Source: the human T2T-CHM13v2.0 reference genome, Homo sapiens. Taken from it: a stretch of DNA of 64,000 nucleotides. The stretch lies in assembly GCF_009914755.1 (NCBI RefSeq), contig NC_060927.1. The stretch is one strand, 5' to 3'. Made by a program: the position numbers and the translations under genes. The notes beneath the pieces are model-generated. The model was not told the DNA's origin and ran no database searches. It saw only the letters and a list, made by a program, of their open reading frames with translations. Within the stretch, counting starts at the first letter, position 1. Each line of letters starts with the position of its first letter. This document shows, piece by piece, positions 14,219 through 25,038 of this stretch.

Positions 14219-16544
14219 TTAGTAGAAGCCAAGAAGTATATTTGACTTTTTTATTTATTCCCGTTTTAAAAATAAATTACATTTATTTTTTAAAATTACA
14301 TTTTTACAGATCGACACTTCCTAGAACTAAGAGAATGACACAGTATACAGGTAGAAATTCTTTCTTTTATTGAGTTTTATCCTTTTTGTGATTTAAAATC
14401 TAGCAGGTGGTTTCTTTTCCTTAATGCCTTCAATTACACATTCTTCACACTTTCTGCTATCACTTTCCCTGCCTTCATCTAGTGATAACTAGAATAATTA
14501 GAATGGATTTCTTGCTAATCAATCATCTAGGTATTATCTTCTAGAAAGTTTGCAAGACATCCCTCCTTCAACCACCGTGGTTCTATAAAAAGAATTGCTT
14601 TTAATTCTCAACACTCTTATTCTGTTACTGTCATGAGACATCCTCTAGTTTCAGAGAATTTCTATAAACTGCCTAAAATAACCTAGGATTTTACAATGAT
14701 GGAAAAGGAAGAAAGTGAGCATGCTCAAAGTCAGAGGATGAGAGGGAAGCACAGCAAAGTCTGGGGCAGTGCAATCCAAGGTGTCTGGCTCAAGGCGGAG
14801 TCCAGAGGCCACTGCAACCTGGAGACACATGTTAATTACCAAGGGAGCACCTGGCAGGGTAACTCACCAGCCTGAGTCAGCCTAGGATGGGAGCTTAAGG
14901 GGGACCTGAGGAACTCCAAGAGAGAATCACATGCATGAGTTTTCCACAAGGGACCCAAGTTCCCAGCCCAAATGAGACAAGCAATGGATCGTATTAAAAG
15001 CTAGTAACAATTGTGCTGAAGCAACCTCTTGCTGGTGGCATTGTTAATGGAGACACCATTCTCAGGCAAACTTTAGTAGGATATTTGAAGAGCAACAAAA
15101 GCATTTATACTTTTTGATCGGGTAATCACACTGTAAAAATATGGGGAAAGGGACATACACAGAGTTGTTCCTTGCTAAATAAAAGAGACAAAATTTAATA
15201 AGATAAATGTATACATCTTCATTTAAGTTTAAACACACGTATACATGTATAGGCTGGCAGTTGCCTGGACTAGCAGCTATTCTTGTGAGAAAGCCCTGGG
15301 AATTTTGGATCAGCCAACATCACAGCAGGGCTACTTGGGAGGGAGCAGAGCAAGTGGTAGGAACACACTTTATAGTCAGGCAAAGAAGGGTCTGGATATC
15401 CCCTTCTACAGACCATGGCAAGTCACTCACTTTCTAATACATCCAGCCATCCAACAGTTAAAAGGCCTTTGAAAATGCAGAGCTTCCTAAAAAAGGAGAT
15501 GCTTCATCAGCCCCTGAGTTTCCTAGAGCCAGCACTCTCCAGGAGAGCCTCCTTGGTCTCAGAAAACACACGCTGGCATCTACCTCAACTTCAGAATTGC
15601 ACACCTGACTCTTCCTCCTCCAGACCTAGGCAAGACCTCCACCAGAGCAAAACCAGCAAAAAGCAAGGAGAAGAAGGTGGTTTTACCGGGGTGTCTGGTG
15701 CTGTAACTATGCACAAGGGAGGCAGACTCAACTTGGATGGAGAAGCCTGGAAAATTCAAACTCAGGTGTCAAGAAGCAGTGTTTCCTAGGATTTACAGAG
15801 TGGGAAAGTATTAAGTCTAGTGCTCAGAGTAGGCACGTGGTAAGTCCTGAGACTCCCAGATAAAATGACCAGCACCTGGGCTCATTCTGTGAAGAATGTT
15901 CCAGTTGGGCCTATAATTAATCCATTTAAGATGTGGACCAGTTTTTATGAATCACAACAAACCCTTGGTAAGATCCACTTTCTTTCCTTTAGATGCAGGC
16001 CAGCCTCTTTGTTTCCCCCGTTAACACACATTTTCTTAAATTAACCCTCTATCCACACATTAAGAAAAAATATCTATACATACTCCATGAAAACTGCAAA
16101 GGTCTCAGATTAATACAGAAACGTAACTTTGGACTCTATCTTCTTATCAGCATTCATTTGAACACTGGTATTAAGTTTACTGTGAACTTTATCATTCAAC
16201 CATATGTAAAATGTTACAATCATTTTATTTACATTTCTCTGAGCAAAGGTGGTGGGTATCAACCTTGTCCAACAGACGAGCACCTTACTTACATCAGGAT
16301 ATTAGCAGACACCAAGTGAAAATGAATGATGCAGTAACCAAGTGCAAGGGCTTCACAGTCTTATTCCCCAGATGATGCTACTTTTGGTCTAGGAGAAGCC
16401 ATAGGCTTTTTGGTCATCTTCTTCAGCCCTCAGTTAATCAAGGTTTGTCTACACATTTTATATCCAAAAACATCTCTTATAGTTGCAAACTCTCTAAAAT
16501 CAGATATAGTTAAATATCCACATGAAGTAAGATCAAGTTCCCTC

Positions 16545-16880
16545 TTCCACTGTATTGAGAAGCTACTAAGTGTCAGGGGCTGGGATGGGGTTTAGGAACA
16601 CAAGCTAAACAGAGCTCTCTCTCAGGGGCTCACAAGCCAGGGGAGGACACAGTGAATTCTCAAGAGTGTGAACAGAAGTGTAGCGGGGACCCAGAGGAGG
16701 AGCTGCTCAACATCTGGGCATTGGGGAAGGTTGCCGCTGATAAAGCACCTTGGACAGGAATCTTGAAGACCAATTAGGAGCTCACGTGAGTGGAAAGCCC
16801 GTTCCAGGAGAGAGGAAGGGGTATGGTGGGTCGGACTGTGCAATCTAAGGAACAATATATGCATCTCTGGATGTCTGAGC
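16545..16880 (-). mobile_element. L2 3' fragment
   Basis: TATTGAGAAGCTACTAAGTGTCAGG...CTCAGGGGCTCACA...GAATCTTGAAG. Confidence 0.6.
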
Positions 16881-16899
16881 AAGAAAGTGAGTTAGGTGA

Positions 16900-17090
16900 G
16901 GATAATGATAATTGTTTTCAGATATCTGAAGGACTAGCAGATTAGGCATTTGGTTCTCCATGTAGAAGATATTACTAGACTTGGGAGGGTAAGGGGGCAG
17001 CTATAAGAGTGTAAATTTCAGTTTAACATGTGTGAGAACATTCTATAAAACAGAACTATTAACAAGAAAACTAGTTGCCTTAAGTAAGCA
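16900..17090 (+). mobile_element. CR1/L3 3' fragment
   Basis: ATAATTGTTTTCAGATATCTGAAGG...AAATTTCAGTTTAACAT...GAACATTCTA. Confidence 0.55.
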
Positions 17091-17424
17091 ATTTTACTTC
17101 CTGATTACATAGTTTTGGAGTCATTTTGGATTCTAATTCTAACTTAGCTCATAGTAAGTGCTTATGATACATATAAATAGTAGCTATTCATATTGTGAGA
17201 TGGTGAACTCACTCTCACACTCTGAGTTCCAGCACCATACCACACCAAATTGTCTTCTATGGCAAAGTCTCATGCCCCAGTGTGAGTGTGGACCAGAAAC
17301 CATCGAAGGTCCTTCCCAGCCTGGGACTCTCATTTGGTTGTCTCTGCTCATTTATGATTTGGCATTATTCCCTCAACTCACATGGAAAGACACTGAAAGA
17401 AAGGTTTATTAAAAACATGCTATA

Positions 17425-17580
17425 GACCAGGCATGGTGGCTCACACTTGTAGTCCTAGCTACTCGAGAGGCTGAGGTAGGAGGATTAGCTTGAGCCCAGG
17501 AGGTCAAGGCTGCGGTGAAGTTTGATGACACCACTGCACTCCAGCCTGGGCAAAAGAGCAAGACTCTGGCTCTAAAACAG
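17425..17580 (+). mobile_element. Alu monomer (FRAM/AluJ right arm)
   Basis: GGCATGGTGGCTCACACTTGTAGTCCTAGCTACTCG...GAGCCCAGGAGGTCAAGGCTGC...CACTGCACTCCAGCCTGGG. Confidence 0.85.
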
Positions 17581-17745
17581 AGAAGAAAAGAAGAGAAAGA
17601 GGAGGGGAGGGGAGGGGAGGGGAGGGGAGGGGAGGAGGGGAGGGGAGGGGGGAGGGGAGGAGGGGAAGGGAGCGGAGGGGAGGAGAGGGGAGGGGAGGGG
17701 AGGGGAGAGACAAGACGAGGAGAAAAAAGGAGAAAAGAAAAGAGA
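17580..17745 (+). repeat. Purine-rich (GGAGG/GGGGA)n simple repeat derived from the Alu tail
   Basis: GAGGGGAGGGGAGGGGAG... at 17600-17710, directly after the Alu monomer. Confidence 0.95.
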
Positions 17746-17971
17746 ACCTGCTGTATACATGTTGGCTATCATTACTACTGTTATTATTTCCTCTGATATT
17801 ATCTTTCTATTAACACAATTATTCCTGATCCCTGATTTTAATGTTTTATTCTTGGGTGTATGTATGTGTATATGTTTAATGTTATGCAAATATTCTTGTA
17901 AGCCAATTCAAATCCTTGGTATAGCATAAAGTCATAAAAATAGAATAAAATAACATTATACAGCTTATTTT

Positions 17972-18422
17972 CTTTCTTTCTTTTTTTTTTTTTTTTTTTT
18001 TGAGATAGAGTCTTGCTCTGTCTCCATGCCGATGAAGTTGATAGGTCTTCCTAGGAAGCAGTAATCAGCCTACCACCTCTTTCTCAGACATCATTAGGTA
18101 AATGCTGAATGGCATTAGCGTTTAGTTTTTACCAACCTAGGAGAAATGGAAATATAATTTCATACATCATTACTAAAATGGGTGATCAAAGCTCACTGTA
18201 GCGTTGAACTCCTGGCCTCAAGCAATCCTCCCACCTCAGCCTCCCAAATACCTGGGACCATAGTCACATGCCACCACGTCCAGCTAATTTTATTTATGTT
18301 TTTAGTAGAGATGGAGTTTCTCTATGTTGCCCAGAGTGATCTGAAACTCCTGGGCTCAAGTGATCCTCTTGCCTAGACTCCCAAAGGGCTGAGGTTACAG
18401 GCATGAGCCACTGCGCCTGGTC
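17972..18422 (-). mobile_element. AluJ interrupted by a 161-bp non-Alu insert
   Basis: Poly-T, J-type CTCAAGCAATCCTCCCACCTCAGC, target-site duplication (TSD) TACAG[C/T]TTATTTT at 17959 and 18423. Confidence 0.92.
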
Positions 18423-18454
18423 TACAGTTTATTTTTGATGACACATAAGAATCA

Positions 18455-18650
18455 CTAATATTCATTTAACACTTATAATGTATGGGGCATTATGATAAGC
18501 TTTTTATATACATTATTTCATTTAATTCTTACAAGAACCCTCTAAGGTAAGTACAATTATTATCCCCATTTTATAAGGCAACGAAGTTGAGTCTTAGAGA
18601 AGTCATGTAATTTGCTCAAGGTCACAACTAATAAGCAATGATCTAACCCA
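18455..18650 (-). mobile_element. MIR
   Basis: TCATTTAATTCTTACAAGAACCCT...ATTATCCCCATTTTATA...GCTCAAGGTCACA. Confidence 0.8.
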
Positions 18651-18909
18651 GTAATTTTGCAACATGGCCTACAACACACTCACATTAATGAGTATGTACT
18701 TTTCTTTAACTTTGAAAAGTTAAAGAGTTAGACACTCCAGAGGCCAAAAACAAGTCATTTAATCCAATAAAACAGTTGGCAGCACTGACAGAGTTCATTT
18801 GGTCTTAATCTCACACTCAGGACACTGTTGGGAAGATGGGGCCTGCAGAGTAACCAGGTCATGTTTGTCTACACGGTCTTTGAAAATCAAATCAAAATTT
18901 TCAGGATTC

Positions 18910-18977
18910 TCACATATTGCATGATTCCATTCATATGAGATGTTCAAAATGGGCAAATCAAGAAAGAAAGAAAGAAA

Positions 18978-19028
<51 letters not shown>

Positions 19029-19370
19029 GAAGGAAGGAAGGAAGGAAGGAAGGAAGGAAGGAAAGGAAGGAAGGAAGGAAGGAAGGAAAGAAAGAAAGGA
19101 AAGAAAGGAAAGAAAGAAAGAAAGAAAGAAAGAAAGAGAAAAAGAAAAAGAAAAAGAAAGAAAGCTGCCTAGAGCTAGGGGAGGAAAAGAGAGAGGTAGG
19201 GAGGATGGGTACAAAGTCTCCTTTTGGAGTGATGAAAATGTTTAAAAAATGGACTATAGTTATGGTCACACAACTCTGTAGATATTCAAAAAACCAATGA
19301 ATTGTATACTTTAAAGGGCTTATCTTGATGATCTGTAAATTATACAATATCAATAAAGCTGTTAAAAAAC
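18910..19370 (+). mobile_element. L1MB 3' end, interrupted by a microsatellite
   Basis: ATATTGCATGATTCCATT...GAGTGATGAAAATGTT...TGAATTGTATACTTTAAA...CAATAAAGCTGTTAAAAAA. Confidence 0.85.
18959..19164 (+). repeat. Compound (GAAA)n(GGAA)n(GAAA)n microsatellite
   Basis: About 205 bp of pure purine; GGAA runs of 9 (19028-19063) and 6 (19065-19088). Confidence 0.98.
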
Positions 19371-20239
19371 GATTTCCAGAGCTCAGTATCAAGTGTTCTC
19401 TAGTCACTCCATGAGGCTGCCGTCTTCCAGAACAAACATAGTAACCAGATGTGTGTAAAGTAAGCTTGTACCCAAGAACAAAATGTTCCAACAACAATGA
19501 TGAGAGTAATGAGCATGCTGGTGAAGTTGGTAGGTCTTCCTAGGAAGCAGTTATCAGCCTACCGCCTCTTTTTCAAACATCATTAGGTAAGTTCTGAATG
19601 GTGTTAGCTTTGAGTTTTTACCAACCTAGGAGAAATGGAAATAAAATTTCATTCATCATTACTAAAGTGTGTGAAAACGAGCAGAATATTATAAAGAGCA
19701 GCAGAGGGGGAATCAAAGGACCCCAAAAGCTTCCATTCGAATCTACTACGACCTTGTAGACTTGAGGACTCAATCATTTTGGGCTTCAGTGACTTGATCT
19801 GTAAAATGAGGAAGGGGAAGTATGAAGTCAGCTACTCTAAGGTTTTCTTCTGTCTTCAGCATTCCAGTCAAATCGTCCCTTCTAAGGATTGTCTTGGTAT
19901 GCTGACTTGTCCCTTTCATCACATCATCAACTGCGTTTAGACCAAAGAATTGTTATCCAGACATCTGGACATATTGAAAATCTCTCAAAGAATCTTTCCT
20001 GGACTGATGTTTCAGGTATTTACATGAACTTCCTCCGTATCCTTTATTAAATACACTATCTACCTTATAGTTTAATTAGCTATAAAAACCTAACTGAAAT
20101 TTTAAGCTTGACACAGAAAAGTCAAAAAGGTGTTTCCTAACATGATGTATAAGGGCAGCAATATAATTGTTCTCCAAAGTAAAATGATTCTGTCCTTTAT
20201 AAAAATTCATTTTACCTCAACTCTAACCTGTCACTTCTA

Positions 20240-21050
20240 ATCAATTTTAATTTTTATTATAAAAATGATAAATTCTCATCTAAGAAAACCTTAAATATAT
20301 ACAAATTTGAGGAAATTAAAATCAGTTTTAGAGCCAATACCTTAAATAGATTAAGAGTAATGTTAGTCTACTATTTCTACTATTATATGTTGGTATAGTC
20401 TCACTTTTTTCTCCATGAATAGTTTTTCCCTTTTTTAAAATGAATATAAAGTAATCATGTTTAAAATACCAATATGTAGAAAAGTATAAGAAGAAAATAT
20501 AAATCATCAGAAATCCCACCTTCAAAATAACCCCTAAATCCCTATTAACTTAAGGTGATCATCCGTTCTATTGTCTCTGTAAGCATAACACACACATAGA
20601 GAGGTATATTTTAAACACATTCAGATGTGTGATGGAGAGATAGTTTAATATCCATTATTTTTACTTAAATATCTATCATCACCATTTCCTCCTATTACAA
20701 TTTTCCATAAATAAAATTGTGATGGTCCGTCATGCAATTTTCTTCTGCTACTTTATGTTTTTATTATTTGCAACTTTTCATGGTAATAAATAATGCTTCA
20801 ATTAACATTTTTATACTTAAAGCGTCTACACTCCTACCTAGAAAATTTAAATCTATTGACTTTTTCCTTTTGTGATTTCCTCTATTGATTTTGGGAAGAG
20901 AAAGTGCTTACCCATTCAAAGATCAGAATTTTTATTTTTTCGTTTCTTTTCTTTCTTTTAAGTTAGCTCCTTAATCTGTCTGGGTTATCTTGTTCTATAT
21001 TGTTAAAGGTTCTAAACTTATTTGTAACACGTTTAAATTTTAGCCAAATT
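20240..21050 (-). mobile_element. Degenerate L1ME 3' fragments
   Basis: AT-rich; TAGAAAAGTATAAGAAGAAAATATAAATCATCAGAAATCCCACC resembles a reverse L1ME end. Confidence 0.5.
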
Positions 21051-21754
21051 GGGTAGAAGTTATTTGCCCAATATTTTTCAAATGCACATTTATGTCTTTT
21101 AAAAAAATATATGTCTCATAATCTTGGTTATCCACTAAACTTAAGGAAACCTTCAAGACTGCCAAATAACCAGAGCTTTGATTACTAGCAGGAAGTCATA
21201 CTGGGCAGAAATAAAGAGGACACTCCTACTGGCCAAATTAAAACTAAACAATCAGAAAAGTCCAAGTTCCTAGCTTTAGTGGCTTTATTATTTTAGCCTT
21301 AAAAAGTCTCTAAAATCCCAAAAGTAGCTTAAGTGTTTAAAAGACAGTATTCAATGCAGTGGGCTATTCTCCATACGTCCTGGCCACTACTGGTCTCATT
21401 TACGGGCCATGGGCAACCTCTATATCCTGCCATTGGTCACCAGGTTCTTGCCACTGGTCACGAGCAGAGTAGGTGAGAAAGTGGAGCACAAGCTTACCAA
21501 CCCAAGTAGAGAAAGGACACCAATGGCTTGCCTTGCTGGTTGACAGTAAGTCAACAGAGCATCTTCTAAATGAAGAGCAGCACAGATGTCAGTATCTACA
21601 TGGTTGTTTCTCAATAATAAGTACTGGGTTATATTGGACATAATACAATCCAAAATGTATTAGGTTGTATTTTTTTCTTATATTTTTCTAATATTGGATT
21701 CTATTTTCAGTTCTTCCCCCTCCACAGCACCTTCTGATGCACAACACTGTCATA

Positions 21755-22140
21755 GCTGCCTACTAGTTGCTCTGACTTAGGTCAATCTAACTTTCTTGAA
21801 TAGTTTCCTCAACTGTAAAATGGAGATAATAAAGAAAATCAACAACTTAAGGTTGTTGTGAGGATTAAGGAAAAGGCTTAGAACAGGCCGGGCATGTTTA
21901 CAAGGCTCATGCCTATAATCCCAGCATTTTGTTTACATGGCTCATGCCTGTAATCCCAGCATTTTGGGAAGCCAAGGTGGGAGGCTGACTTAAGACCAAG
22001 AGTTTGAGGTTGCAGTGAGCAGTGATCGTGCCACTGCACTCCAGCCTGGGCAACAGAGTGAGACTCTGCCTCAAAAAAAAAGAGAGGGGGGCTGGGGCTT
22101 AGAACAGTGACTGCACTTAGGAAATGACTTTTATGTGTTC
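21755..22140 (+). mobile_element. MIR split by an Alu monomer
   Basis: AGTTTCCTCAACTGTAAAATGGAGATAATAA...GGTTGTTGTGAGGATTAA...GCTTAGAACAGTG. Confidence 0.8.
21886..22082 (+). mobile_element. Alu monomer (FAM/FRAM-like) with an internal 35-bp tandem duplication
   Basis: GGCCGGGCA start, single arm, A tail, TSD GGCTTAGAACAG on both sides. Confidence 0.85.
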
Positions 22141-24726
22141 ATTATTATTATTATTATTATTATTACCACTATTCTACCACTTCTGCTATGACTATTACTA
22201 CTAACTGGGGTAGTACTACTACCCCAGAAATGCTGGGTCAAACTTAAATTGGGTTCTTCAGAATGAAACAGGCAACTGGGGAGCTCTGTGGTCAGATCAG
22301 CTCCAGGAGTATACTCTATCCTCAACTTTTGCAATCCCTCTGGGAAGTTAAGTATTTACTGACATTACTAAAATAGTGAATTTCCAGGGTGGATGGCATC
22401 ACAATCTCCCACATTTTCTGGTACGTAACCATAAGACCTATGTGCACACAAGCACCTGGTTCTTGAGGGGGGCAAGAACCAGGAGGTTAGGCATGGAAAA
22501 GGCAGATGTGGCACAGTTCATTTTAGTCAATACATGAAGCTGACAAGGCTATAAACTGCAGATGAAAAGCCTGCACCTCCCAAACCGTACGCTGCAAAGA
22601 TCAAGACTATGTGTGATCACACAGGAACAAGGAGTGATCTGGGCTGTGAAGAACGGAACTGGTCCATCAGGTGAAAATCTACCAAGGTTCGACGGTCAGA
22701 AAATTCATCTCTAATACCACTACTACTCCTAGTTCTTCAATTCTTTCCTCAGAGTCCTGATCTTCTACTGCCATGCAACTTCCTCAACGTTTGGGGCGTA
22801 GCCAATTCAAGTTAAAAAAGTTTGCCTAAGAATTTCTCTCCAGCTTTGAAACTCAGATTCATTTTATAAGAAAATTGGCATCACGCCCTTCTGGGTCACA
22901 GCGAGGTCCATAAACCATCTGAGATGTGTGAGACATCTAAGTCACTTTGACTATCAACAAGAAAGCATGTTGGATAAAAATTAATTAGCACAAAACTCAA
23001 CTTAAAATTAGATGGTATGTTATGAGACAAATGCTCATCTCTTATTAGCCAAAAGACCCAGATATAACAAAATTAAGCCAGTCCAGCAGAATGAGAGCAA
23101 GAATGCAATGTGTGTTCCAAACCTAGAATCAGGAATAATCTAAGGTTTGCTTAGACACTTTACCCCAAATTTACAGATTTTGAACTCTCTACTGTACAGT
23201 CCTTTTTTTTCTCCCACGTTTGGAGGAAACATTTTAACGTGTATATTCTCTGGGAAAACCCTAAAATCTGGTTTTTAGGGAGTTTCCCTCTTATCTAATC
23301 CTTTGCCACATTATTTTTGTTTCGAATCTGTGGTCTTTGCTTTGTTACCATCTCTAGATGAAAAGCTATGAAGCACTTGGGAACACAGAAACTGAGATCC
23401 ACAAGATACAAATGAGTTTCATGTAAGCTTTTAAAGACCTTTATCTGTACCCATCAAGCACAAACAAGTAATCAACGACTAAAATGTCTTAATATTTCTC
23501 TCTAAAATCATCAGGCAGCTACAATCAGGTGGACAAGTCGTTCCTTAAAATTTAATATCATTTAATAATTAATAATTGCACAATAGCATATATGCGTAGT
23601 AATAGCATATATATGGCATGTATATAAAACATAGCAAAGTCATAGCAATCTTTGCACTTTTGGGAAAGCTAAAATGATGTAATAAACTTACTGTTAAAGA
23701 AAATATCTACAGAGGCAGGGGCAATAACACAGCTGTACAATTGTGCCTTAGGGGGTATAAAATACAGTCCACTTTGTAATCCCGAAATGGCATGCAGCCA
23801 TAACATTGTAACTTCAACTTAGCACTGATGGGGAAAGGGATCCTTAAAGTTTAGCATATCACCTCAGAGATCTTTTTTAAGTACCTATTTCTGTCTCCCT
23901 TCCCCCTCAATTTTTTTTAAGCAGAGAAGAACATGAAAGAACAGACCCTTTCTAATACACTGTATTTCCCAGTGGGGAAAAAAGGAGAATAAAATGGCAA
24001 TAACAGAAGCATATTAGCATATTTAAAACACTAGTACATTACCCTGAACTAAAGCATCCTTAAAGTAACATGAAAGCAAGAGAAACTATATTTCATAAAG
24101 TGTTGCAAACTTTAAAACACCAAATTGAACTACTCCTATAGAACAATTTCATGCCAGATTGCTTTGGTGGCAAATTAATAAAGGCAGAATTGCTCTTTAG
24201 ATCTTTAAATTAACGAGATTAAGGAAGACAATGTCTTTCTCTGTGCTTAATTATATTGACTTAATTTCTTAATTACTATTAACTATACTTTTATGTTTTA
24301 CAAGTCACACTCCATTTTTACAGCTGTTCTTTAATCCTCGGGTAATCTCGTATTCTGAAGAATCACTTGAGAATAAAAACAGCAAAACTGAAGACAAAAT
24401 TCAATTGGGCTTAATCCACCTGTACATTCTGCCTGAATCAATTCTTATGCCAGTATTTTGAGGCATTCCAGAAAAGTGCCAGACTTTTCAAAGAGAAAAA
24501 TTAAAATGATATTCTGGTTCACTGAAACTCCAAGGAGTAGGCCTGAAGAAAAACCGTCCATCAGACAAGCACGCACCAGTGGGGTGAGGGAGGACAACCC
24601 CAACTGGGGCCCAACACTCCACTACTTAACGTTTCAAAAAATAAAATCAACTGTGTATAAAATCATATTTATACCTAGAAGGTCTAGTGCGACGACACAA
24701 AGAAAGCAATTATAAGAAAGGAACTA

Positions 24727-25038
24727 GGCTAGGCAAGGTGGCTCACGCCTGTAATCCCAGCACTTTGGGAGGACAAGGCAGGCAAATCGCTTGAGCCCTG
24801 GGGTTGGAGACCAGCCTGGGCAACATGGCAAAACCTGGTCTCTATAAAAAAGTATAAAAAAAAAAATTAGCTGGGTGCGGTGGCATGCACCTGTAATCCC
24901 AGCTATTCAGGAGGTTGAGGTGGGAGGATCGCTTGAGCCCAAGAGTTTGAGACTACAGTGAGCCATGATCATTCAACTGCACTCCAGCCTTGGTGACAGA
25001 GCAAAACCCTATCTCAAAAAAAAAAAAAAAAAAAAAAA
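24727..25038 (+). mobile_element. AluJ
   Basis: J diagnostics GGAGGATCGCTTGAGCCC and CAGTGAGCCATGATC; poly-A tail. Confidence 0.92.

Noticed and set aside
17504-19497. Long low-complexity ORFs (poly-PSP, KERK and FLSF, up to 179 aa)
   Set aside because: They are translations of purine microsatellites that lack stop codons.
22455-22483. Perfect 11-bp-stem hairpin CCTGGTTCTTG-N7-CAAGAACCAGG, plus 9-bp stems at 12025-12047 and 45371-45392
   Set aside because: Too short for a miRNA or snoRNA precursor. A few 9-bp stems are expected by chance in 64 kb, and a single 11-bp stem is only marginally unusual.
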